From NCBI GenBank assembly GCA_023229795.1, contig JALNYP010000011.1:6515-70514 (forward strand): a stretch of 64,000 bases of DNA, in the 5' to 3' direction. Source of the DNA: Syntrophobacterales bacterium (lineage in GTDB: Bacteria; Desulfobacterota; Desulfobaccia; Desulfobaccales; 0-14-0-80-60-11). Of this stretch, positions 44,810 through 56,434 are shown piece after piece. A program made the position numbers and the translations under genes. Below the pieces are notes generated by a model. It saw only the letters and a list, made by a program, of their open reading frames with translations, was not told the DNA's origin and did not search any database. Numbering within the stretch: position 1 is the first letter of the stretch; every line of letters starts with the position of its first letter.

Positions 44810-44826
<17 letters not shown>
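43672..44826 (-). CDS. lipoprotein with fibronectin type III-like repeats
   Basis: 384-aa ORF; lipobox LLLASAC at residues ~48-54; repeated Ig/FN3-like modules (GYRLYR, YYYRVAAYD, YHYYVTAVD). Start uncertain. Confidence 0.6.
44706..44737. repeat. tandem heptamer array (GGGTTYT)x4
   Basis: GGGTTTT GGGTTTT GGGTTCT GGGTTTT GGGG. Confidence 0.85.
44778..44805. repeat. tandem heptamer array (CYGGAAC type)x4 abutting argH stop
   Basis: CCGGAAC CCGGAAC CTGGAAC CTATAAC, then CCGC and the argH TAA (44810-44812). Confidence 0.8.
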
Positions 44827-46210
<1,384 letters not shown>

Positions 46211-46234
46211 GCGATTTTCCTTCTGTTCCTAAAA

Positions 46235-46262
46235 GTTCAAGGTTCAAAGTTCAAAGTTCAAG
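46235..46262. repeat. tandem heptamer array (GTTCAAR)x4
   Basis: GTTCAAG GTTCAAA GTTCAAA GTTCAAG, 25 nt upstream of the argH ATG. Confidence 0.9.
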
Positions 46263-46406
46263 GTTAATGCAGAATACGAACCGCGCACTATGATAAAAAG
46301 CTTACTCCTTCTTGTGACTTACGGGTGGGCTAAGGCCCATGAGGAATTAAGTTATCCGGGACCGAATTGCCTTATCGGGCCGCAGCCGGTCAACCTGCCC
46401 GGAGGT

Positions 46407-47054
46407 TCAGGGCCGGAAGGACTGCAATTCATAGGTCCGGCTTTCCGTGAGCAGTTTGCCGTCGGCGGATTTTTTCTTGATGACGACCGTGCTCTTCACG
46501 ACCCCGACGTTGGGGGCGGACCATTCGTACCCGAGTACGGAAACCCCATCGCTTTCGCCCGTTTGTTTAACCTTCAGGCAATCCTTGAAAGTGCCGGCCG
46601 GAACTCTGACCTCATCTGAGACGCTTTCAATGATCAGATTAAGGTTTAACGAGGTTTTGCCCACCTTGGTGGTCATATTCCAGCTATTGCGATCGACGAT
46701 GGGAAACTTGAGATGGTATTCCTTGGGGGTAATGACCGTCGGGGGCGCGTTTTCGGCGGGCTGGTCCGCATAGCGGTAGATGCCGGTATCCGTCTTTTCC
46801 ATTAGTTCGAAAAACGTGTGTCCGGCGATCTCCCATTTCCGGGGGGTGACCTTGACGCCGTTGACTTCCCGCGGCGCCAGGTTGGTAATGGTCAATTTTT
46901 GCGGTTTGCCGCCATCCGTGGTGACATTATACTCCCACCGCAGGCCTTCCTTTAAGGGATAATAGGACTCGTCCAGTTCGCCGCACCGGCCAGTTCCCGA
47001 CATGAAGACCAATAAACCCAACATCAATGCCGCCACGATACCTGTCGTTCGCAT
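46407..47054 (-). CDS. secreted hypothetical protein (beta-rich)
   Basis: 215-aa ORF; signal peptide, GGGAG SD 5 nt upstream; GC clearly below flanking arg genes; no family recognised. Confidence 0.55.
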   Translation of the reverse strand: MRTTGIVAALMLGLLVFMSGTGRCGELDESYYPLKEGLRWEYNVTTDGGKPQKLTITNLAPREVNGVKVTPRKWEIAGHTFFELMEKTDTGIYRYADQPAENAPPTVITPKEYHLKFPIVDRNSWNMTTKVGKTSLNLNLIIESVSDEVRVPAGTFKDCLKVKQTGESDGVSVLGYEWSAPNVGVVKSTVVIKKKSADGKLLTESRTYELQSFRP

Positions 47055-47109
47055 GGCTATCTCCCTGAGGAATGACGTGGTTCCATGAGCTGCGTCATGG
47101 GGTCCGGCT

Positions 47110-47565
47110 TCACTCGCCGGCGATGGATTTCGGCCAGGAGATCCTTTTTAAGCCGCCGCCGCACTCGGGACAATGAGCCTGGGCCAGCTGCTCGGCGCTT
47201 GCCAGTTTATGGAAATGGCCGCAGTGTCGGCAGCGGGCCACCGGGCGGTAATCGATCCAACCCTGATCTTTCCAAAACCGCCAGGTGCCGTATTTCCAGC
47301 GGTAGAGGAGTGCGGTGTACAGACAGCTCAGGCCCACCAGGTGCGCGCTGGAGATAAAAAAAGCCCGCCAGGAAATCAGCGCGGTGACCCCCATGACCAT
47401 CAGGAGACGGGACGCCAGGCGCCAGGATTTGTTCCAGATATATGAGTCCGCCAGGGTCCAGGGCAGCGGCACCCCGAACCAGGGGTTGGGGCCGGGCCGC
47501 CAGAAGAGCATGAGCAGCCCCAGGGCCCAGCATAATCCCGAAGCCAGGTAGTGCGAATGTTGCAG
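47110..47565 (-). CDS. SdpI-like membrane protein with C-terminal zinc-ribbon; probable CTG start
   Basis: ORF track gives 47110-47511 (ATG, no SD). In frame upstream, a CTG at 47565 lies 9 nt after a perfect AGGAGG (47580-47575) and adds a TM helix (YLASGLCWALGLLMLFW). PNPWFGVPLPWTL is SdpI-like. CRHCGH...CPECGG follows. Confidence 0.5.
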   Translation of the reverse strand: MQHSHYLASGLCWALGLLMLFWRPGPNPWFGVPLPWTLADSYIWNKSWRLASRLLMVMGVTALISWRAFFISSAHLVGLSCLYTALLYRWKYGTWRFWKDQGWIDYRPVARCRHCGHFHKLASAEQLAQAHCPECGGGLKRISWPKSIAGE

Positions 47566-47586
47566 GGATTACCGCCTCCTTTAGGG

Positions 47587-47672
47587 GTTCAAAGTTCAAA
47601 GTTCAAAGTTCAAGGTTGAAAATCAAGAACATTGCCCCGAGGACTGAAAACTTTGAACCTTGAACTTTGAAC
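47587..47672. repeat. inverted GTTCAAR arrays (potential long hairpin) abutting argG stop
   Basis: Left GTTCAAA x3, GTTCAAG, GTTGAAA (47587-47621). Right TGAAAAC TTTGAAC CTTGAAC TTTGAAC (47645-47672). argG TGA at 47673-47675. Confidence 0.9.
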
Positions 47673-48875
<1,203 letters not shown>

Positions 48876-48895
48876 GGTAGTTTCCTAATAATAAG

Positions 48896-49039
48896 GTAGG
48901 GTGGGCAGGGCCCACCATTGCTTCTGAGTTATTGCCGAAGGCGGGATGCGCTGCGCTTTCCCACCCTACGGCTCTTGGGAACCAGAAAATGGTGGGCCGT
49001 GCCCACCCTACATCAGGCACAGGCTGGAAAGCCTGTGCC
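48896..49039. repeat. REP mosaic B-C-B-E
   Basis: GTAGGGTGGGCAGGGCCCACC; GGCGGGATGCGCTGCGCTTTCCCACCCTACGG (48940-48971); GGTGGGCCGTGCCCACCCTAC (48991-49011); GGCACAGGCTGGAAAGCCTGTGCC (49016-49039). Confidence 0.85.
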
Positions 49040-49049
49040 ACCGGGTTTT

Positions 49050-49084
49050 CTGATCCCTAACCCCTGATCCCCGTCCCCTATCCC
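49050..49084. repeat. 7-nt-period array (CTNNYCC)x5 containing argF stop
   Basis: CTGATCC CTAACCC CTGATCC CCGTCCC CTATCCC; argF TAG at 49078-49080. Confidence 0.7.
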
Positions 49085-49986
49085 AACAACCATTCCAGCA
49101 GCGCTTTCTGGAAGTGCATGCGGTTTTCCGCCTGGTCCCAGGCTGCGGATTGGGGGCCGTCCAGGACTTCGGCGGTGATTTCTTCGCCCCGGTGGGCCGG
49201 CAGGCAGTGGAGCACGATGGCTTCGGGTGCAGCCAGTTTCATCAGCTCGCTATTCACCTGGTAGGGCTTGAAGACCTCTTGCCGGGCCGCGGCCTCGTCT
49301 TCCTGGCCCATGGAGGCCCAGACGTCGGTGTTGATCACCTGGGCCCCGGCCACCGCGGCCCGGGGGTCCTGACCCAGGAAGACGCGGGCGCCTTGAGCCT
49401 GGGCCTGGGTCAGCAGCGCCGCGTCGGGCTCATAGCCGGGCGGGCAGGCCAGGTGCAGGGCGAAGTCTAGGTGCATGGCCGCGGTGATCCAGGAGTTGGC
49501 CATGTTGTTGCCGTCCCCCACCCAGGCCACCTTAAGATTGGTGAGATCGCTAAAGTGCTCCTGCATGGTCATGAGATCGCTCAAGACCTGGCAGGGGTGG
49601 TGGGTGTCGGTGAGGCCGTTGATCACCGGGATGGTGCTGTGCCGGGCCAGTGCCGCTACGGTCTCCTGGGCAAAGGTGCGCACCACCACGCCGTTGACGT
49701 ACCGGGACAGGACCCGGGCGGTGTCGGCCACCGGTTCGTTCCGGGACATCTGGGTCTGGCCCGGGGCCAGGTAGATGCTGCTGCCCCCCAGTTGGGCGAT
49801 ACCGGCCTCGAAGGAGACCCGGGTGCGGGTGGAGGGCTTGTCGAAGATCATGGCCACGGTCTTGCCGCTCAGAGGGGTCGGGTTCTGCCCCCGCTGATGC
49901 AGGGCCTTGAGCTCCCGGGCCCGGGCCAGGAGGTGTTCGATCTCCTCCCGGCTGAGATCCAGAATGGTTAACAGGTGCCGGGTCAT
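49078..49986 (-). CDS. argF: ornithine carbamoyltransferase
   Basis: 302-aa ORF; STRTR, HPCQ, HCLPAHRGEE. Confidence 0.95.
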   Translation of the reverse strand: MTRHLLTILDLSREEIEHLLARARELKALHQRGQNPTPLSGKTVAMIFDKPSTRTRVSFEAGIAQLGGSSIYLAPGQTQMSRNEPVADTARVLSRYVNGVVVRTFAQETVAALARHSTIPVINGLTDTHHPCQVLSDLMTMQEHFSDLTNLKVAWVGDGNNMANSWITAAMHLDFALHLACPPGYEPDAALLTQAQAQGARVFLGQDPRAAVAGAQVINTDVWASMGQEDEAAARQEVFKPYQVNSELMKLAAPEAIVLHCLPAHRGEEITAEVLDGPQSAAWDQAENRMHFQKALLEWLLG

Positions 49987-51179
49987 GGGAAGACTGCCTT
50001 GAACGCGTCCTGCAATACGGCCAGGGCATGGTCGAGTTCATGGGGCAGCACCACCAGGGGCGGCAGCATCCGGATGACGTTGCCCTGGGTGCAGTTGATC
50101 AGCAGGCCCCGCTCCCGGCAGGCGGTCACTAGGCCTGCCCCCTCCTGGGCCAGTTCCAGGCCCCACATGAGGCCCAGGCCCCGCACCTCTTTGATCACCG
50201 GCGCCTGGCTCTTCAGTTCCAGGAGGCCCTTATGGAGGTAGTCGCCCTTGGTGCGCACCGCGGCCAGAAACTCGGGACGGCTCAGGTGGCCGAGCGCAGC
50301 TTTGGCGGCGGCGGCCACTACCGGACCGGCCCCGAAGGTGCTGGCATGGGTGCCGGGGACAAAGGCGGCGGCCACTTGGTCGGTGGCCAGGAGCGCGCCC
50401 ATGGGCAGGCCGTTGGCCAGGCCTTTGGCCAGGGTCATGATATCCGGGGTGATACCGAAATGCTCGTGGGCGAAGAGCTTGCCGGTGCGGCCCAGGCCCG
50501 CCTGAATCTCATCCAGGATCAGCAACAGCCCCTTGTCGTTGCACAACTGCCGCACGCCCTGAAAATAATCCGGCGACGGCAGGTTGACCCCGCCTTCGCC
50601 CTGGACGGGCTCCAGCATGATCGCGCAGACCGTGTCATCCACCGCCTTGGTCAGGGCGTCCAGGTCGTTGAAGGGCACGAACGCGAACCCCGGCAGCATG
50701 GGTTCGAAGCCCTGCCAAAATTTGGCCTGGCCGGTGGCGCTCAATGCCCCGAAGGTGCGGCCGTGGAAGGAGTTCTCGGCGGAGATGATCTTGTAACGGC
50801 CCTCGCCGTAGCGTTCCCGGGAGTAGCGCCGGGCCAGCTTGAGGGCGCCTTCGTTGACTTCGGCGCCGGAATTGGCGAAAAAGACCCGGTCGGCAAAGGA
50901 CAGGCGCACCAGGTCTTCGGCCAGCTCCACCATGGGGGTGGTATAATAGATATTGGAGACGTGGACCAACTGCGTCAGTTGGGCCGCGGCGGCCGCGGCG
51001 ACGTCGGGATGGGCGTTCCCCAGATTGCAGACCGCCAGCCCGGCCACGAAGTCCAGATATTCCTGGCCGGCGTCATCCCAGACCCGGCAACCCTCGCCTT
51101 TGACCAGCACCAGCGGCTGCCGGCCATAGGTGTTCATGATGACCTGGTCGGCCCGTTCCATCCAATTTTGGCTTGGCAA
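49983..51179 (-). CDS. argD: acetylornithine aminotransferase
   Basis: Class III aminotransferase (VIMNTYGRQPLVLVKGEG, LDEIQAGLGRTG, TLAKGL). Start uncertain: TTG 51179 (GGAGAGG 4 nt upstream) or ATG 51161. The ORF-track start 51215 lies inside a heptamer array. Confidence 0.9.
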   Translation of the reverse strand: MPSQNWMERADQVIMNTYGRQPLVLVKGEGCRVWDDAGQEYLDFVAGLAVCNLGNAHPDVAAAAAAQLTQLVHVSNIYYTTPMVELAEDLVRLSFADRVFFANSGAEVNEGALKLARRYSRERYGEGRYKIISAENSFHGRTFGALSATGQAKFWQGFEPMLPGFAFVPFNDLDALTKAVDDTVCAIMLEPVQGEGGVNLPSPDYFQGVRQLCNDKGLLLILDEIQAGLGRTGKLFAHEHFGITPDIMTLAKGLANGLPMGALLATDQVAAAFVPGTHASTFGAGPVVAAAAKAALGHLSRPEFLAAVRTKGDYLHKGLLELKSQAPVIKEVRGLGLMWGLELAQEGAGLVTACRERGLLINCTQGNVIRMLPPLVVLPHELDHALAVLQDAFKAVFP

Positions 51180-51196
51180 TTTTCCTCTCCCTGTCA

Positions 51197-51286
51197 GTTC
51201 GAGTTCAAGGTTCAAAGTTCAAGGTTCAAAGTTAAAAACCAGGCCTGTGAACCGGAACTTTGAACTTTGAACCTTGAACCTCGAAC
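51197..51286. repeat. inverted GTTCAAR arrays between argB and argD
   Basis: Left GTTCGA GTTCAAG GTTCAAA GTTCAAG GTTCAAA GTTAAAA (51197-51237). Right CCGGAAC TTTGAAC TTTGAAC CTTGAAC CTCGAAC (51252-51286). The argB stop starts at 51286. Confidence 0.9.
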
Positions 51287-52167
51287 TATCCCACAATCTC
51301 CGTGCCGATGCCGGGGTCGGTGAAGATCTCCAGGAGCACGGCGTGGAGCAGGCGGCCGTCCAGGATATGGGCCTTGCCTACTCCGCCGGCCACCGCGTCC
51401 AGGCAGCAGTTGACCTTGGGGATCATGCCGCCTTTGATGGTGCCCGCCTCGATCATGGCCAGGACGCCTTCCCGGTTGAGGGTGGAGACCAGGTGGCTGT
51501 CCTGGTCCAGGACCCCGGCCACGTCGGTAAGCAAAATCAGCTTGGCTGCATGCATGGCCTTGGCCACCGCGCCGGCCACCAGGTCGGCGTTGATGTTATA
51601 GGTCTCGCCGGCCTCCCCCGCGCCCACCGGGGCCACCACCGGGATGAAGTGGTGCTCCTGGAGGGTGCGCAGCAGTGCGGCGTTGACGCCGGTGACTTCG
51701 CCCACCAACCCGATGTCGATGATCTCCGGGGGCTCGTCCTCCCGGGGGCGGTAGTACTGGAGCTTTTTGGCCAGGAGCAGGCGGCCGTCCTTGCCGCTCA
51801 AGCCCACCGCGGCGCCGCCGGCGGCGTTGATCAGGTTGACGATCTCTTTGTTGATCTTGCCCGCCAGGACCATCTCCACCACGTCCATGGTGGACTGGTC
51901 GGTGACTCGCAGGCCGTCCACGAACCGGGTGGGGATGTTCATCTTTTCCAGTACCTTGCCGATCTGGGGGCCGCCGCCGTGGACCACCACCGGGTGGATG
52001 CCCAGGTACTGGAGCAGGGTAATGTCCTGGGCGAAGGCTGCCTTGAGTTCCGGCTCCAGTTGCGCCGCGCCGCCGTATTTGATCACCACGGTCTGCCCCT
52101 GGAAGCTCTTCATGTAGGGCAGGGCTTCTATGAGGGTTTCGGCTTTTTTGATGTATTCCTGGGTCAT
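51286..52167 (-). CDS. argB: acetylglutamate kinase
   Basis: ORF 51286-52185 trimmed to ATG 52167; LIEALPYMKSFQGQTVVIKYGG, VVHGGGPQI. Confidence 0.95.
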   Translation of the reverse strand: MTQEYIKKAETLIEALPYMKSFQGQTVVIKYGGAAQLEPELKAAFAQDITLLQYLGIHPVVVHGGGPQIGKVLEKMNIPTRFVDGLRVTDQSTMDVVEMVLAGKINKEIVNLINAAGGAAVGLSGKDGRLLLAKKLQYYRPREDEPPEIIDIGLVGEVTGVNAALLRTLQEHHFIPVVAPVGAGEAGETYNINADLVAGAVAKAMHAAKLILLTDVAGVLDQDSHLVSTLNREGVLAMIEAGTIKGGMIPKVNCCLDAVAGGVGKAHILDGRLLHAVLLEIFTDPGIGTEIVG

Positions 52168-52179
52168 GTTATGGTCCTG

Positions 52180-52245
52180 GTTCAAAGTTCAAAGTTCAAA
52201 GTTCAAAGTTCAAGGTTCAAGGTTTTTTGACTTTGAACTTTGAAC
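52180..52245. repeat. inverted GTTCAAR arrays between hslU and argB
   Basis: Left GTTCAAA x4 and GTTCAAG x2 (52180-52221), T-rich loop, right TTTGAAC x2 (52232-52245). hslU TGA at 52246-52248. Confidence 0.9.
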
Positions 52246-53598
<1,353 letters not shown>

Positions 53599-53618
53599 GG
53601 TTGCAAGTCCTTTATGTT

Positions 53619-53942
53619 ATCTGCGTCCATCTGCGTTTATCGGCGGTTTAATTATTAGCCGCAGATGAACGCCGATACACGCGGATTATAGAAAAATGCA
53701 GGGTGGGCATGGCCCCCCCATTTTCAATCTGAATCGAACTTTTGCCCCGGGGGCGGCCAGGGACGGCCGCCCCACCAAAACCACCCATTATGACGGTGGG
53801 GCGGGCCTCTGTGCCCGCCAGCCTTAAGCGAATCGGTTTCGGGTCATAAATGATTTTCAAAACCAAAAACGTAGGGTGCGCACTGCGCACCACCATCCTT
53901 ATTTTCAAGGGTTAAATGATAGGTGGGTCGTGCCCACCCTAC
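53619..53942. repeat. cluster of at least 4 different REP-like palindromes filling the hslV-hslU spacer
   Basis: ATCTGCGTCCATCTGCGTTTATCGGCGG...GCCGCAGATGAACGCCGATACACGCGGAT (family H, 53619-53686); B' 53795-53820; GTAGGGTGCGCACTGCGCACCACC 53871-53894; B 53922-53942. Confidence 0.8.
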
Positions 53943-53947
53943 ATTAA

Positions 53948-54493
53948 TCACAATTCCTCGATCACAACCTCTTCATTGGTATAGACGCACAACGAGCCGG
54001 CAATCTTCATGGCTTCCCGGCAGATGTCCGCGGCGGAGAGCTGGGTGTGGCCCATCAGGGCCCGGGCCGCGGCCAGGGCGTAGGGGGAGCCGGAGCCGAT
54101 GGCCATCACGCCTTCGTCGGGCTCGATGACGTCGCCGGTGCCGGAGACCAGAAACGCCGAGGTGGCGTCCACCGCCAGGAGCAAGGCCTCAAGACGCCGG
54201 AGCATCTTATCGGTGCGCCAGTCCTTGGCCAGTTCGACCACCGCCCGGGTGAGGTTGCCCTGGTGCTTCTCGAGTTTGGCTTCCAGGCGCTCGAACAGGG
54301 TCAGGGCGTCGGCTGTGGAGCCTGCAAAGCCCACGATGATCTTGCCTTGATAGAGCTTCCGGACCTTTTTGGCATGGTGCTTCATCACCATGTCGCCCAT
54401 GGTCACCTGGCCGTCGCCGGCCACCGCCACCTTATCGCCCCGGCGCACCATGAGGATGGTGGTGCCGCGGAATGTCATCTCGTTATGGTTCAT
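53948..54493 (-). CDS. hslV: ATP-dependent protease subunit HslV
   Basis: ORF 53948-54550 trimmed to ATG 54493 (alternative 54478); GTTILMVRR Thr-protease N-terminus, [14 protein letters not shown]. Confidence 0.92.
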   Translation of the reverse strand: MNHNEMTFRGTTILMVRRGDKVAVAGDGQVTMGDMVMKHHAKKVRKLYQGKIIVGFAGSTADALTLFERLEAKLEKHQGNLTRAVVELAKDWRTDKMLRRLEALLLAVDATSAFLVSGTGDVIEPDEGVMAIGSGSPYALAAARALMGHTQLSAADICREAMKIAGSLCVYTNEEVVIEEL

Positions 54494-54509
54494 GTCACCG
54501 TATCTTTTC

Positions 54510-54596
54510 GTTCCCAAGCTGGGCTGGGGAATGAGGTAATCAGTGCCCAAGCTGGAGCTTGGGCCAAAATTGCGTTCCCAAGCAGAGCTTGGGAAC
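54510..54596. repeat. three tandem family-F REP units
   Basis: GTTCCCAAGCTGGGCTGGGGAAT, GTGCCCAAGCTGGAGCTTGGGCC, GTTCCCAAGCAGAGCTTGGGAAC between xerC stop and hslV start. Confidence 0.85.
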
Positions 54597-54658
54597 GAGG
54601 GGGGGAAGGGGCGGATTATCGGTTTTAACTTTCCTTTTCGCCTTTTTCCCTTTTCGCC

Positions 54659-55567
54659 CTATTTACTCCGGGGATGGGCCTTGTCGTACTCCTCCATCAG
54701 GTAATCCAGGTTGAGGTGCAGGTACCGCTGGGTGCTGGAAATAGAGGCATGTCCCAGCAGTTCCTGGACCGCCCGCAGATCGGCCTGGCCCTCCAAGAGG
54801 TGGGTGGCGAAGCTGTGGCGCAGGCCGTGGGGCGTCAGACCCTGGGAAAGGCCGGATTGCCGCACCCACTTGGCCACCAGCCGGGCCACCCCCCGGGTGG
54901 ACAGGCGCCATCCCCGGGAATTGAGGAACAACGCGGTCTCGTCCCCGGTCCCCTGCTGCTGCATCATCCGCTGCCGCAGGGGCAGATAGGCGGTGAGGGC
55001 CGCCTTGGCCGGTTCGCCCAGGAAGGCCAGGCGCTCCTTGGCGCCTTTGCCCCAGACCCGCAGCACCCCGGGTCCCAGGTCCAGGTCTCCCAGGTTGAGC
55101 CCGGCCAGTTCGGAGAGGCGCAGGCCCCCGCCGTAAAAGACCTCCAGGATGGCCTTGTCCCGGCAGGTCCCGAAATCATCGCCCTGGGGCTCGCCCAAGA
55201 GGTGAAAGGCCTCGTCCACGCTCAGGAAATGCGGCAGGACTTTTTCCAGCTTGGGGCTGGGAGCCAGCTTAGCCGGGTTTTGGGTCAGGACCCCCAGACG
55301 CTGCAGGTACTTGAAGAAGGTGCGCAACGCCGAGAGTTTCCGGGCCACGGTGGTCTTGCGGAGGTGCTTTAGGGCCGTGGCCAGAAAGGCCCGCAAATCC
55401 TGGTAGGTCACCTCGGCCAACCGGGCCTCGGCCCGGCGCTCCTGATAAAACTCCAGAAACTGGGTGAGGTCCACCCGGTAGTTTCTGACGGTATGGGGCG
55501 ACATCTGGCGCTCCACCTTCAGGTACCGCAAAAATTCTTCCAGATGAGTGCAGCCGCACATCGCCAT
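54659..55567 (-). CDS. xerC: site-specific tyrosine recombinase XerC/XerD family
   Basis: 302-aa ORF; R...HxxR...Y catalytic set (GLRLSE, HGLRHSFATHLL, STQRYLHL); upstream of hslV-hslU. Confidence 0.88.
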   Translation of the reverse strand: MAMCGCTHLEEFLRYLKVERQMSPHTVRNYRVDLTQFLEFYQERRAEARLAEVTYQDLRAFLATALKHLRKTTVARKLSALRTFFKYLQRLGVLTQNPAKLAPSPKLEKVLPHFLSVDEAFHLLGEPQGDDFGTCRDKAILEVFYGGGLRLSELAGLNLGDLDLGPGVLRVWGKGAKERLAFLGEPAKAALTAYLPLRQRMMQQQGTGDETALFLNSRGWRLSTRGVARLVAKWVRQSGLSQGLTPHGLRHSFATHLLEGQADLRAVQELLGHASISSTQRYLHLNLDYLMEEYDKAHPRSK

Positions 55568-55755
55568 GGCAGGCCCCGGAGAGGGTTTTCCCTCTGGTTC
55601 CGTTTAACTCATTTAAAAGATAGATAATATCATGAAGTTTCGCCATTGCAAAAAATTTCGGCGGCCCGGAACCGGGAAAAGGCTCAAGTAAAATGGGGAG
55701 ATGGCCGTTAAATTGGCGAAAGGGACACGCCAGCAGGGAGATGGCATAGTCACCT

Positions 55756-55786
55756 GGCAGGGGCGGGTTCAAGGCCCGCCCCTGCC
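55756..55786. terminator. strong GC hairpin downstream of the ABM gene
   Basis: GGCAGGGGCGGG TTCAAGG CCCGCCCCTGCC, 12-bp perfect stem; no clear U-tract. Confidence 0.35.
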
Positions 55787-55828
55787 GGGGCGTCGGAAGC
55801 GCGGGGTCCGGGTGAGTGGTCGTGCGCC

Positions 55829-56110
55829 TCAGTTGGTCAGCACCTGGGTCCGGGTGGGGGCCTCCAGGTATTGGTCGATTTCGGCGCTCAGCTTTTGGCG
55901 CTCCGGATTATTGAACCACCTTTGCCAATGCTCCAGAGATTCCCAGGTGCTGAGCACCAGGTAATAGTTGGGGTCATCCACCCCGTGCAGGGTCTCGCCG
56001 CTGATGTACCCGGGCTGCTGCATGGCCTTGACCCGGAGTTGGCGCAACAGCCGCACGATTTCGCCCACGTTCTGTCCTCGAATCGTCCTTTCCATCAACA
56101 CCTTGACCAT
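55829..56110 (-). CDS. antibiotic-biosynthesis-monooxygenase (ABM) domain protein
   Basis: 93-aa ORF; ferredoxin-like ABM pattern (GYISGETL...YLVLSTWESLEHWQRW); AAGGAGAG SD. Confidence 0.72.
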   Translation of the reverse strand: MVKVLMERTIRGQNVGEIVRLLRQLRVKAMQQPGYISGETLHGVDDPNYYLVLSTWESLEHWQRWFNNPERQKLSAEIDQYLEAPTRTQVLTN

Positions 56111-56382
56111 GTTGTCTCTCCTTCTGGTGAATGGGTGAGGAGGAGATGTTAGCCTCTCCCGGGCGCTCGGGCTCCGGGAGGGGTCCGCGGCCGGCCCGGT
56201 CTTACCATCAATATATGATTCGGAGCGGAAAGGGAATTACCTTCACCCCGCCCCGGCCCTCCGCCATCCAGGGGGAGGAGAAAAAGGAAGAAAACTGCTT
56301 TTTTCCAAAGGACTGCGTTCTCGCCTGGATTAATAATATAACAGATAGCCCGAAAGTCCAGGGTGATGGGCCAGGCCCGCTC

Positions 56383-56411
56383 TTGAGGGATGCGCGGCGC
56401 TGTGGTATGAT
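56383..56411 (+). promoter_or_regulatory. candidate sigma70 promoter with extended -10 for the HD/EEP/Ldt genes
   Basis: TTGAGG - 17 nt - TATGAT, with TG one base upstream of the -10 (TGGTATGAT); ATG 24 nt downstream. Confidence 0.45.
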
Positions 56412-56434
56412 CCCCATGGGGAAGTGGGTACTGT

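Noticed and set aside
54625-54662. Possible heptamer array at the xerC stop
   Set aside because: On re-reading it is a direct repeat of CCTTTTCGCC with ~15-nt spacing rather than a 7-nt periodic array. Too weak to group with the other arrays.
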